Source of the DNA: an uncultured Dehalococcoidales bacterium
GTDB taxonomy: Bacteria > Chloroflexota > Dehalococcoidia > Dehalococcoidales > JAUYDJ01
Length of the DNA stretch: 44,943 nt
Assembly: GCA_964343135.1 (NCBI GenBank)
Contig: CAYFGR010000001.1
Coordinates: forward strand, 1 to 44,943
Direction: 5' to 3'
Positions 7,581 to 16,824 of this stretch are shown piece by piece. Numbering within the stretch: position 1 is the first letter of the stretch; the number at the start of each line of letters is the position of its first letter. A model generated the notes under the pieces. That model ran no database searches. It saw only the letters and a program-made list of their open reading frames with translations, and was not told the DNA's origin. The translations under genes and the position numbers were made by a program.

Positions 7581-9536
7581 TCAAATTGCCTGGCTGGCCA
7601 GGAAGCCCTCCGTAGTAGCCTCAAGCATGCGCCGCGGCCCAGCGCAGTCGCCCACGCGGTAGACGGTGACCTTGCCGGAAAGCTGCTGATACAGCGCCTG
7701 GTTACAGACGGCGCCGGTAGACGCGATAATTGTATCCGCGGGAAGGAGTTGTTTGGCGTCATCGTGGCTGCTGACTAGTAATCCGGTCTCCTGTATGGCT
7801 TCCGCCTTCGTTTTGGTCAGAATGGTAACCCTCAGCAGGTTCAACCGTTCCAAGAGATATAACTTATGCCATTTCTCCATACCGGCAGCTAATTCCTCCA
7901 GCATTTCGACCACGGTTATTTTCTTTCCCTCCTCGGCGAGGAGTTCGGTGGTCTCCAGCCCGACAACCCCGCCACCAATAACCACCGCCGTGCTGCCCAC
8001 TTTTACCTTATCGCTTAAAACATCGGCGGCATCCACTACGCTGGACATTTCTATCCCCGGGATTTTGGGAACGGAACGGGTTACGCCGGTGGCAATGATT
8101 ACCGTATCCGGGCTGGCGTTGAGGACTACTTCCGGAGTAGCTTCCGTACTAAGTTCTACTTTGACACCGAGCCGCGCCATTTGGATACTGTAGTATTCCA
8201 CTACGTCGTTCAATACGCTTTTGTGGGGCGGACGCGCCGCAATATGCAGCTGACCACCCAGTGTTGGCTCCTTCTCGTAGAGGACTACCGTGTGACCCTT
8301 CCGCGCCGCCACCCGGGCGGCTTCCAGACCGGCGACACCGCCCCCCACCACGACCACTCGTTTTTTATTCCGGGCGGGCATAATGGGGTAATCAAGCTCT
8401 CGACTGACACTGGGATTCACCGTGCATTTTATCGCTTTATCAATATCTACCTGGCACATCAAACAGCCGATACAGGGCCTGATTTCATTCGTTTTGCCGG
8501 CGGCAACTTTTTGGGGAATATCCGGGTCGGCGAGTAGCCGTCGGCCCATGACTACCATGTCGATTTTGCCTTCGTTCAACGCTTGTTCGCCGGTCTCCGG
8601 GGTCAGCCAGCCTACGGCCATAACCGGTATGCTAACCACTTTTTTAATTTCAGCCACTAGCGGAACCATGAAACCGGGGGGGTGTGCCATCGGGGGGCGG
8701 GGTAGTTTCTCTCCGGCTACCTTCCATGGCATACGCATGGCGCTCTGGTGGAAATCGGCGGACACATTTAACGCCACTATCCCGGTTCCCTCAAGCCAGC
8801 GCGCAAGCTGTTGTGATTCCGCAAGAGTGATACCGTTTTCAGTGTGAAGCTGCTGCGCGGTAAGCCGTACCCAGAGCGGGTAGTCCTTGCCTACCCGTTT
8901 TTGAATGGCGGCCACGGTATCAAGAAGCAACCGGGCGCGATTTTCCAGGCTGCCTCCGTAGGTATCCTGCCGGGTATTGGATTCCGAGGAAAGGAACTGG
9001 GTGAAAATATAGCCGGCGCAAGCCTGGATTTCAATGGCGTCGTAACCCGCTTTCTGTGCCCGTTCCGCACCGGCGGCGAATTTGTCAACGATGGCCTCTA
9101 TCTCGGTAACGGAAAGCTCTCGCGGTATGGCGCGACCGAGCGCCGCAATGGCGGAGGGCGCCACCCCCTGGCAGCCGGTGAAGTGGGTGGCGGCCAGCCG
9201 TCCGGCGTGATGCAGCTGCATTGCCACTCTGGCGCCATGTTTCCGGATAACGGCGGCCAATTCTTTCAAGCCGGGGATATGCTTGTCATCATCAATGAAT
9301 ACCAACCCGGGGATGCTCTGGCCTGTGGGAGCATCGACACACGTCTCTTCAATTATGACCAGCCCGACGCCTCCCCGCGCCCTTTCCTCATAGCAAGCTT
9401 TGGTCTGCTCGGTGACACAGCCGTCTCCGGTTGCGGAGCACCGGAACATCGGCGCCAGGACGAACCGGTTTTTGATTTCCAGCTTTCCCAGTCGAATCGG
9501 CTGAAAAAGCTTTTCAAATTTCAGGGTACTACTCAC
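7581..9536 (-). CDS. Old-yellow-enzyme-family FMN/Fe-S/FAD oxidoreductase (2,4-dienoyl-CoA reductase / 2-enoate reductase-like)
   Basis: 651-aa ORF with three parts: an N-terminal OYE TIM-barrel (LAPMFR..., MQLHHAGR), a central Cys motif RPCIGCLMCQ, and a C-terminal double Rossmann region (VVVVGGGVAGLEAA and AVVIGGGVVGLE). Confidence 0.8.
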   Translation of the reverse strand: MSSTLKFEKLFQPIRLGKLEIKNRFVLAPMFRCSATGDGCVTEQTKACYEERARGGVGLVIIEETCVDAPTGQSIPGLVFIDDDKHIPGLKELAAVIRKHGARVAMQLHHAGRLAATHFTGCQGVAPSAIAALGRAIPRELSVTEIEAIVDKFAAGAERAQKAGYDAIEIQACAGYIFTQFLSSESNTRQDTYGGSLENRARLLLDTVAAIQKRVGKDYPLWVRLTAQQLHTENGITLAESQQLARWLEGTGIVALNVSADFHQSAMRMPWKVAGEKLPRPPMAHPPGFMVPLVAEIKKVVSIPVMAVGWLTPETGEQALNEGKIDMVVMGRRLLADPDIPQKVAAGKTNEIRPCIGCLMCQVDIDKAIKCTVNPSVSRELDYPIMPARNKKRVVVVGGGVAGLEAARVAARKGHTVVLYEKEPTLGGQLHIAARPPHKSVLNDVVEYYSIQMARLGVKVELSTEATPEVVLNASPDTVIIATGVTRSVPKIPGIEMSSVVDAADVLSDKVKVGSTAVVIGGGVVGLETTELLAEEGKKITVVEMLEELAAGMEKWHKLYLLERLNLLRVTILTKTKAEAIQETGLLVSSHDDAKQLLPADTIIASTGAVCNQALYQQLSGKVTVYRVGDCAGPRRMLEATTEGFLASQAI

Positions 9537-9623
9537 AGTGCTAGCTCCTTCCTAAAATGCGGAAAACATTTCTGCTTTCGGTGAATATTGGTAACATCGT
9601 CGGGTCAGTTTACCCGGAAAGAG

Positions 9624-9651
9624 ACTATAACACTGCCTCTTGCCTTGTCAA
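9624..9651 (-). promoter_or_regulatory. Sigma70-like promoter candidate for the OYE-family reductase: TTGACA-16-TATAGT with TG extended -10
   Basis: The minus strand reads TTGACAaggcaagaggcagTGtTATAGT, with -35 at 9651..9646 and -10 at 9629..9624, about 90 nt upstream of ATG 9536. Confidence 0.5.
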
Positions 9652-9718
9652 GTTGAAATACATCGCCATGGTGCGATGTTTGGGACAGTGCAGGTTTACT
9701 CAGATGCCGACGGTCTAA

Positions 9719-9748
9719 TTGTATTTCCAAATGCACTTAGTGTAAACT
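9719..9748 (+). promoter_or_regulatory. Promoter candidate for aor: TTGTAT-18-TAAACT (TG extended -10)
   Basis: TTGTATttccaaatgcacttagTGTAAACT, 30 nt upstream of TTG 9779. Confidence 0.35.
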
Positions 9749-9778
9749 ATTGGATATTATGGAAAGGAGTGATTTTCA

Positions 9779-11632
9779 TTGACTAAAAAAATACCGGGTT
9801 ACCACGGTAAAAATTTGAGAGTGAATTTGTCCGATGATACCGTGTCGGTAGAGACTACCGATGAGTTATTCCGCAGGCAATATCTTGGTGGTGCCGGCTT
9901 TATTACCTATTACTTGTGGAAAGAACTCGCCTCCGGCATTGACCCTCTGTCGCCAGATAACAAGCTTGTCTTTGCCTCAGGACCGGTGACGGGAATTTCG
10001 TTACCGGGGAGCGGCCGCCACTGCGTTGGGGCTAAGTCTCCGCTGACCGGCGGCATCGCTAAATCGGAAGCGGGTGAATTCTGGGGAACCGAGCTCAAGC
10101 GGGCAGGTTATGATGCCATTATTATCGAGGGTAGGGCAGAGAGGCCGGTCTATCTCTGGGTGCATGACGGTGAGGCGGAAATAAGGGATGCCCGTCATCT
10201 GTGGGGAAAGAAGACTAAGGAGACGCAGCAGGTAATCAGGGCTGAATTGGGTGACGAGAAGATACGCATTGCGTTGATTGGGCCGGGTGGTGAAAATTTG
10301 GTCCGCTATGCCTGTGTTATGCACGGTCTCTTTGATGCTGCCGGCAGGGGAGGATTGGGCGCGGTAATGGGGTCGAAGAACCTAAAGGCCATCGGCGTTA
10401 GAGGGCGCCGGGTACCAGCGGTGGCTGAGCCGGAGCGGGTGAAGGAATGTAGAGCCTGGGCATTAGCCAATATACACCGGCTTCGTGGTTTTAAAGAGTT
10501 TGGCACCGGCAGTCCGATGGAGGCTTTTGAAGCTAGAGGGAATCTGCCGGTGCGTAATTTCCGCGATGGACTATTTCCGGGAACTAAGAAAATAAGCGCT
10601 GTAACTATGCGGGATACCATACGAGTTGGCATGGATGCCTGCTTTGGCTGCCCCGTCAGGTGTAAAAAAGTGGTGGAGGTTGCGGAACCGTATCATGTCG
10701 ATCGGGCTTACGGCGGGCCGGAATACGAAACGTTGGCGGCACTGGGATCAAACTGCGGTATCGATAATCTCAAGGCAATCGCTAAAGCCAATGAGCTTTG
10801 TAATGCCTATTCACTGGATACCATTTCTGCTGGTGCGGTCATTGCCTTTGCGATGGAGTGCTTTGAGAACGGACTGTTCAGCGTTAAAGATACCGGCGGT
10901 ATTGAACTACGGTTTGGAAATGACGAGGCGATGCTTAAACTGATTGAGCTGATTGCCCGGCGTGAAGGTATCGGTGAATTGCTGGCTGAGGGGACAAGCC
11001 GAGCCGCCGGACAGACCGGTCAAAATTCAATGGAGTTTGCCATTCAGGTTAAGGGGTTGGAAGCGGGTATGCATGAACCTCGATATAAAGTCGGCATGGG
11101 ACTTGGTTATATGGTCAATCCCGCCGGCGCTGACCATTGCTGCAATATACATGATAACGGCTATGCTAGCGAAAAAAACCTGGGTGACCTGAGACCAATG
11201 GGGATACTGGAACCCGTTCCCCGGGACAATATTAGCTCTCGTAAAGTAGCGCTATTCAGGCTAGTACAGCTTGAACACGTATTGCTTGATTCACTAGTAC
11301 TATGTCAATTTTTACACCATACTCATGAGCAGATTGCTGATGTGACGGCGGCGGTGACCGGGTGGGATACCAGCATAATTGAGCAAATTAAGGTTGCCGA
11401 GAGAATTATGACCGTTGCCCGGTTATTCAATATCCGGGAGGGTTTTACGGCGGCTGACGATACCTTGCCGGCGCGTTTCTTCAAGCCCAAAACCGATGGT
11501 GCGCTGGCGGACAAACCACTCGACCCGGTGAAAATGGAGAGAGCTAAGAGCTATTACTATGGTCTGATGGGTTGGGATAGCCATACCGGAATACCCACCG
11601 TGGACAAGCTGGCTGAATTAGGAATTACCTGA
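9779..11632 (+). CDS. aor: Aldehyde:ferredoxin oxidoreductase family (tungstopterin AOR)
   Basis: 617-aa ORF. TTG start is preceded by GGAAAGGAG with a 9-nt spacer. N-terminus GKNLRVNLSD...LGGAGFITYYL plus ACFGCPVRC and GLEAGMHEP-type blocks are characteristic of the AOR family. Confidence 0.85.
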   Translation: MTKKIPGYHGKNLRVNLSDDTVSVETTDELFRRQYLGGAGFITYYLWKELASGIDPLSPDNKLVFASGPVTGISLPGSGRHCVGAKSPLTGGIAKSEAGEFWGTELKRAGYDAIIIEGRAERPVYLWVHDGEAEIRDARHLWGKKTKETQQVIRAELGDEKIRIALIGPGGENLVRYACVMHGLFDAAGRGGLGAVMGSKNLKAIGVRGRRVPAVAEPERVKECRAWALANIHRLRGFKEFGTGSPMEAFEARGNLPVRNFRDGLFPGTKKISAVTMRDTIRVGMDACFGCPVRCKKVVEVAEPYHVDRAYGGPEYETLAALGSNCGIDNLKAIAKANELCNAYSLDTISAGAVIAFAMECFENGLFSVKDTGGIELRFGNDEAMLKLIELIARREGIGELLAEGTSRAAGQTGQNSMEFAIQVKGLEAGMHEPRYKVGMGLGYMVNPAGADHCCNIHDNGYASEKNLGDLRPMGILEPVPRDNISSRKVALFRLVQLEHVLLDSLVLCQFLHHTHEQIADVTAAVTGWDTSIIEQIKVAERIMTVARLFNIREGFTAADDTLPARFFKPKTDGALADKPLDPVKMERAKSYYYGLMGWDSHTGIPTVDKLAELGIT

Positions 11633-11740
11633 TTTAAAATTTCATTATTTAGCTTCCTGATTCGCCTCTTCCGCTTGCCTTTCTCAGGAGAATGGGGAGT
11701 AATAATTTTTGGAATGAGAATGGTTTTCAGACTCTAAATA

Positions 11741-11767
11741 AATAGTTATGTCGACAGTGTAACTATT
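11741..11767. promoter_or_regulatory. Inverted repeat AATAGTTA-N11-TAACTATT (with internal palindrome TGTCGACA) abutting the recA -35
   Basis: Read directly: the outer arms 11741..11748 and 11760..11767 are perfect reverse complements. TGTCGACA lies at 11749..11756. The repeat overlaps the -35 hexamer by 2 nt, so it is a possible operator. Confidence 0.35.
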
Positions 11768-11795
11768 GTCTTTAATTTATCGTCTGTGATATTAT
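11766..11795 (+). promoter_or_regulatory. Promoter candidate for recA: TTGTCT-18-TATTAT with TG extended -10
   Basis: TTGTCTttaatttatcgtctgTGaTATTAT. The -10 ends 14 nt before ATG 11810, implying a very short leader. Confidence 0.45.
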
Positions 11796-11809
11796 GTAGG
11801 CAGACGAAA

Positions 11810-12823
11810 ATGAGTACGGAGAAAGAGAAAGCACTGGAACTAGCTATCGGTCAGATCGAGAAACGATTTGGCGAAGGCTCTATCATGAGACTGGGGACAG
11901 AGACCGCTATCTCATCAATAGAAGCTATTCCTACCGGGTCATTAACATTGGACCTAGCCCTGGGTGTGGGCGGCATTCCCAGAGGACGAGTTATCGAGAT
12001 ATTTGGTCCGGAGTCCTCGGGAAAAACTACGCTGGCTCAGCATATCATCGCTGAAGCGCAGAAAAAAAATGGTATGGCAGCTTATGTTGACGCTGAGCAT
12101 TGCCTGGATCCGGATTATGCGGTGAAGTGTGGGATTAATATTGATGACCTGCTCATTTCTCAACCTGATACCGGAGAGCAAGCGCTGGAGATTACCGAGG
12201 CACTGGTCAGAAGTGGGGCGGTTGATGTGATAGTGATTGATAGCGTGGCTGCCCTGGTTCCCCGGGTTGAGATTGAGGGGGAGATGGGTGAGATGCAGGT
12301 TGGCTTGCAAGCCCGTTTGATGTCGCAGGCGTTGCGTAAACTGGCGTCGGCAATTAGCAAGTCAGGAGCTGCGGTAATATTTATTAACCAGTTACGGGAA
12401 AAGGTCGGGATTGTCTTTGGTAATCCCGAAGTTACGCCAGGTGGCCGGGCATTGAAGTTCTACAGTTCAGTAAGGATAGACCTGAGACGAATCGAGACCA
12501 TCAAGCAGGGGACGGTGGCAATCGGTAACCGTGTCAGGGCTCGAGTGGTGAAGAATAAGGTGGCGTCGCCATTTGGCGTCGCTGAGTTTGACCTTATGTT
12601 TGCTTACGGGATAAGCCGGGAAGGGGATATTATTGAACTGGGTGTGGGCCAAGGGTTGGTAAAAAAGGCGGGTGCTTTTTTCTCCTATGGTGATATTCGT
12701 CTGGGGCAGGGCAGGGAGAGTGCTAAGAAATACTTAGTTGAGAACCCTGAGCTTGCCCGGCAAATTGAACAGGAGATTAGAGCCTTAGCCGCTGACAACC
12801 GTATCGTGTCTACTAATAAATAG
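11810..12823 (+). CDS. recA: Recombinase RecA
   Basis: Unmistakable RecA sequence: [29 protein letters not shown]..., Walker [10 protein letters not shown]. The track start 11786 (GTG) lies inside the predicted -10 box, so ATG 11810 is preferred. Confidence 0.97.
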   Translation: MSTEKEKALELAIGQIEKRFGEGSIMRLGTETAISSIEAIPTGSLTLDLALGVGGIPRGRVIEIFGPESSGKTTLAQHIIAEAQKKNGMAAYVDAEHCLDPDYAVKCGINIDDLLISQPDTGEQALEITEALVRSGAVDVIVIDSVAALVPRVEIEGEMGEMQVGLQARLMSQALRKLASAISKSGAAVIFINQLREKVGIVFGNPEVTPGGRALKFYSSVRIDLRRIETIKQGTVAIGNRVRARVVKNKVASPFGVAEFDLMFAYGISREGDIIELGVGQGLVKKAGAFFSYGDIRLGQGRESAKKYLVENPELARQIEQEIRALAADNRIVSTNK

Positions 12824-12865
12824 AAGTAGTTCACTGATTTAGTTTAACAGACGGAGATTAAGTGG

Positions 12866-12897
12866 GGCTGAGGCTAATGCTTCAGCCTTTTTTGTTT
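12866..12897 (+). terminator. Rho-independent terminator between recA and recX
   Basis: GGCTGAGGC-taat-GCTTCAGCC (9-bp stem with one G-U pair) followed by TTTTTTGTTT. It starts 43 nt after the recA stop and ends 21 nt before the recX ATG. Confidence 0.7.
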
Positions 12898-12918
12898 ATT
12901 GGGGGGTAGAGCCGGTAA

Positions 12919-13563
12919 ATGAAAAAAATTACGGCTATCCGTGCCGGTAAAGGGCGAGACAGGCGGGTACACGTGGTTCTGGACGGTAAGCGTGCCGTTA
13001 GTCTGGAAGCTGAGGTCGCCGGGAAAGGAAACCTGAGGGTGGGACAAGAACTGCCGGAGAGTGAAATTGAAAAAATGGTCGGTGATAGTCAATTTCACTG
13101 TTGTCTAACTGGGGCGGCGGGGTTTCTTGCCTGCCGCCCCAGAAGCGAAGCTGAGTTACGAGAGCGACTCCAGCGGCGCGGTTTTGGCGGTGATTGTGTC
13201 CAGGCCGTAATGGCCAGACTGAAGGAGCAGGGATTGGTTGATGATAGGACTTTTGCCCGGTTCTGGAGAGATAATCGGGAATCGTTCAGTCCGCGCAGTC
13301 AGCGGTTGACCCGGCTTGAATTAAAACGAAAGGGAGTAGCGGAGGACATTATCAGCAAGACGATTGATGCTATTGACGATGAAGATAGTGCCTATCGGGC
13401 TGCTTTGGGTAAAGCTCGTAGTCTTTCCTATTCCGATTACCGGGGCTTTTATCGGCGGTTGGGCGGCTATCTTCAACGGCGTGGCTTTAATTACGAAGTG
13501 ATAAGGCATACCGTGGGGGTGCTATGGCGGGAGGGGGGAGGCGGACGAGAAAGCAGTTTATGA
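12919..13563 (+). CDS. recX: Recombination regulator RecX
   Basis: 214-aa ORF directly downstream of recA. Shows the RecX-like repeated helical pattern (RPRSEAELRERLQRRGF..., LKEQGLVDDRTFARFW...). Confidence 0.85.
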   Translation: MKKITAIRAGKGRDRRVHVVLDGKRAVSLEAEVAGKGNLRVGQELPESEIEKMVGDSQFHCCLTGAAGFLACRPRSEAELRERLQRRGFGGDCVQAVMARLKEQGLVDDRTFARFWRDNRESFSPRSQRLTRLELKRKGVAEDIISKTIDAIDDEDSAYRAALGKARSLSYSDYRGFYRRLGGYLQRRGFNYEVIRHTVGVLWREGGGGRESSL

Positions 13564-13647
13564 GCACACTAAATTGGTGGGCTGTATGGCGTTAACTGTC
13601 TATGGTCTGTCTCCGGGAATAGAAAATTATAGTAAAGGAGGAATGGA

Positions 13648-15186
13648 ATGACGGTTCTAAATATAGCTGTTTATTTTTCCAGCTTTGTCATTGGTATGGT
13701 ACTTGGGGCTGTGTTGACCTACCTTACTCGACGTGTAGTAATGGACCGACAGATACGTATTGCCCAGAGAAAGGCGTCTCGTATGCTGAGCGAGGCCCGT
13801 AACGAGGCTAAAAGCGTGCTGGATGAGGCTAGAGGCGAAGCGGGTAAACTCAGGACAAACGCAGACGTGGAACATCGGTCGCGGCGTTCCGATTTGCAGC
13901 GCCAAGAGAATCGTGCTGCTCAGAAGGCGGAGACTTTGGAGCGTAAATTAGAGGCGCTGGAGCATCGCGAGCGGAATCTGACGGGTAAAGAAAAAGAGAT
14001 GGACAGCATGCGTACTCATCTGGAGGAGTCCCGAAATAAGCAGATAAAACGGTTAGAGCTGATTTCAGGCATGTCCAGCGCCGGAGCGAGGAAAGAACTA
14101 CTGGGGAATATAGAAGTCGAGTTGCAGGGAGAAACGTCCCGGCGTCTGCATCAATGGGAAGATGAGCTAAGAGAAGAATCGGATAAGAAAACTCAGGATA
14201 TTTTGGCGCAGGCAATCCAGCGGTCAGCTTCGGAAATAGTATCCGAGACCACGGTTTCCGTCGTTCCCGTGCCCAGCGATGAGATGAAGGGGCGGCTTAT
14301 CGGACGAGAGGGTCGTAATATTAGAGCTTTGGAGCAGGCTACCGGAGTTGACCTTATTATTGACGATACTCCTGAGGCAGTAACTTTGTCCAGCTTTGAC
14401 CCGATACGGCGGGAGGTTGCACGGCTGGCTTTATCCAAGCTTGTCCTTGATGGGCGTATTCATCCGGCTCGTATTGAGGAGATTGTTGCCAAGACTAAGG
14501 AAGAAGTGGACTCCGAGATATTTAATACCGGAGAGCAGGCCACCTATCAGGTAGGGGTCCATGGCTTGCATCCGGACTTAATTAGATTACTGGGTCGTCT
14601 TAAGTATCGTACCAGTTATGGGCAGAATGTATTGCAACATAGCGTGGAGGTAGCTTACCTCGCCAGTATGATTGCCTCCGAATTGGGCGCTGATATTGCT
14701 ATCGCCAGGAGATCCGGATTGCTTCATGACATCGGTAAGGCAGTGGACCGCGAAGTTGAAGGGACTCATGCCGCTATCGGGGCCGACTTGGTCAGGCAGT
14801 GGGACAAGTCACCTGAGGTGGTTCAGGGTATTGCCGAGCATCATCTTGAGACGGATAGTATTAGCAACTGGGGTTTTATGATATCGGCGGCAGATGCCAT
14901 TAGTGGCGCCCGTCCGGGCGCCCGGCGTGAGTTATTGGAGGGCTACCTGAAGCGGCTGAGGGCACTGGAAGATATTGCCAATAGTTTCAAAGGGGTAGAG
15001 AAGTCTTACGCAATTCAGGCCGGCCGGGAAGTTCGCATCTTGGTCAAGCCCGAGGACATAGATGACCTTTCCGCCATGAGGCTTGCCCGCGATATTGTGA
15101 AGAGGATAGAGGGAGGTCTGGAGTACCCGGGTCAAATAAAGGTTACTGTGATCAGGGAGACAAGGGCGGTTGACTTTGCCAAGTAG
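13648..15186 (+). CDS. rny: Ribonuclease Y
   Basis: 512-aa ORF with an N-terminal TM helix, a charged coiled-coil, a KH domain ([15 protein letters not shown]) and an HD domain (LLHDIGKA). AAAGGAGG RBS lies 6 nt upstream of the ATG. Confidence 0.93.
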   Translation: MTVLNIAVYFSSFVIGMVLGAVLTYLTRRVVMDRQIRIAQRKASRMLSEARNEAKSVLDEARGEAGKLRTNADVEHRSRRSDLQRQENRAAQKAETLERKLEALEHRERNLTGKEKEMDSMRTHLEESRNKQIKRLELISGMSSAGARKELLGNIEVELQGETSRRLHQWEDELREESDKKTQDILAQAIQRSASEIVSETTVSVVPVPSDEMKGRLIGREGRNIRALEQATGVDLIIDDTPEAVTLSSFDPIRREVARLALSKLVLDGRIHPARIEEIVAKTKEEVDSEIFNTGEQATYQVGVHGLHPDLIRLLGRLKYRTSYGQNVLQHSVEVAYLASMIASELGADIAIARRSGLLHDIGKAVDREVEGTHAAIGADLVRQWDKSPEVVQGIAEHHLETDSISNWGFMISAADAISGARPGARRELLEGYLKRLRALEDIANSFKGVEKSYAIQAGREVRILVKPEDIDDLSAMRLARDIVKRIEGGLEYPGQIKVTVIRETRAVDFAK

Positions 15187-15195
15187 GAGAAACCG

Positions 15196-15963
15196 GTGCG
15201 GATATTAGCGATTGGTGATGTAATTGGCAGGCCGGGCAGAAAGGCAGTCTGGGAGCTTCTATCCGGGTTACGGCAGCAGTTTGACGTAAATCTGGTTATC
15301 GCTAACGCGGAGAACCTTGCCGGTGGTGTGGGTGTAACGTCAGCCACCGCCAGTGAAATGCTTGACGCCGGTGTTGATGTGTTGACTTCAGGCAATCACG
15401 TGTGGGCTCATCAGGAGATTATTCCATATCTTAATGGCGAAATGCCTATCTTGCGACCGATGAATTATCCGCCGGGATTACCGGGCCGCGGATATATGAT
15501 CACTAAAAAAGTAATGATAGTTAATTTGATAGGTAGGACCTTCATTGGTAATTATGATTGTCCCTTCCGAGCCATGGATAAGCTACTGGCTGAGATTAAG
15601 CCTAAACCGCCGGTCATCATCATTGATTTTCATGCTGAGGCAACTTCAGAGAAAGTTGCTTTAGGACGATACCTTGACGGTCGTGTCAGCGCGGTACTTG
15701 GCACCCATACCCATGTTGGTACGATTGATACCCAGTTATTGCCTCGGGGCACTGCCTACGTTACTGATATTGGTATGACCGGACCGGTGGATTCGGTTAT
15801 CGGCGATACTGTCGACTCGGTTGTGCACCGTTTCTTAACGATGGTACCCCACCGTTTAACGGTAGGGCGGGGTAGAACTGTGCTGAACGCCATACTAATT
15901 GAGGTTGATGAGGCCAGTGGGAAGGCAAAGAGCATCGAGCGAATCTGTCGGGGGGTGGAGTAA
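15196..15963 (+). CDS. ymdB: YmdB-type metallophosphoesterase (2',3'-cyclic-nucleotide phosphodiesterase family)
   Basis: 255-aa ORF, MRILAIGDVIGRPGR...NAENLAGG...TSGNHVW...DFHAEATSEK. Shows the conserved rny-ymdB synteny. GTG start with AGGAGA RBS. Confidence 0.85.
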   Translation: MRILAIGDVIGRPGRKAVWELLSGLRQQFDVNLVIANAENLAGGVGVTSATASEMLDAGVDVLTSGNHVWAHQEIIPYLNGEMPILRPMNYPPGLPGRGYMITKKVMIVNLIGRTFIGNYDCPFRAMDKLLAEIKPKPPVIIIDFHAEATSEKVALGRYLDGRVSAVLGTHTHVGTIDTQLLPRGTAYVTDIGMTGPVDSVIGDTVDSVVHRFLTMVPHRLTVGRGRTVLNAILIEVDEASGKAKSIERICRGVE

Positions 15964-15965
15964 CT

Positions 15966-16815
15966 TTGTCCAAAGTAGATCTGCATATTCATTCCACGGC
16001 TTCTGACGGCAGGTTCAGTCCGGCGGAAATTGTGGGTAAGGCTGCCGAGCAGGGTCTGGTGGTTATCGCCCTTACTGACCATGATACCCTGGAGGGCATT
16101 GTGCCGGCTCTGGAAGCCGCCCGAGCCTTTCCTGGATTGAGGGTTATTCCCGGGGTTGAAATTAATACCGATGTGCCCACCGGTGAGGCTCATATTCTCG
16201 GTTATTTTATCGATTATACCCAGTACGAGTTGCTTGAAATCCTGGCGAGATTGCGCCGTTCCCGGGAAAGGCGAGCGTGCGGTATGATTGAACGGCTGGC
16301 GGATTTAGGTATACGTCTTGAGTGGCAGCATATTCAGGAAAGGACCGTCGCTAGTTCGATAGGACGCCCTCATATTGCCCAGGCTATGATGGAAAGGGGG
16401 TTACATCAGCTCATTTCAAGAAGCCTTTGCCAAGTATATCGGGCGGGATGGTCTGGCCTACGTTGAGCGAGATAAGATAACCCCTGTGGAGGCAGTGGAG
16501 GTAATAAGGCGAGCGGGCGGAATACCGGTTTTGGCGCATCCGTTTACGATTAAGGATACGGAGATGATTATTGTTGAGCTAAAGTCGGCTGGTCTGGCGG
16601 GCATTGAAACCTACTACGGCGGCTATATTTCCGGCAGGACTGCGGAACTGGTTGCTCTGGCTGAACGGTACAGCCTTATTGTTACCGGTGGTAGTGACTA
16701 TCACGGTATGGATGAGTACGGTGATAATATGATTGGTGGTATCGACGTGCCCATAGCAGCGGCCGAGCGTCTCATCGCTTTAGCTGAAGCACCTTGGTTG
16801 AAATCGGTGGACTGA
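15966..16815 (+). pseudogene. PHP-domain phosphoesterase interrupted by a +1 frameshift in a G5 run (16396..16400)
   Basis: Track ORFs 15966..16466 and 16486..16815 are the two halves of one PHP protein (DLHIHSTASDGR...LTDHDT...). Frame 1 reads ...RPHIAQAMMERG and then nonsense. The next frame continues (G)YISSFQEAFAKYIGRDGLAYVERDKITPVEAVEVIRRAGGIPVLAHP. Removing one G from AGGGGGTTAC restores a single roughly 282-aa ORF. Confidence 0.85.
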
Positions 16816-16824
16816 GGGGGGCTT

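Noticed and set aside
11633-11700. Possible terminator after aor (TCCTGA ... TCAGGA).
   Set aside because: The stem is only 6-7 bp with a roughly 23-nt loop and no T-tract. This is not convincing.
11786-11809. N-terminal extension of recA (track start GTG 11786). Similar 5' extensions occur in cofE (to 2253), the M24 gene (to 5799), treT-like (to 38048), macro (to 35808), kef-like (25490) and the MFS gene (30754).
   Set aside because: The extensions overlap upstream genes or promoter elements and add non-conserved residues. Internal starts with an RBS or the family-typical N-terminus are preferred.
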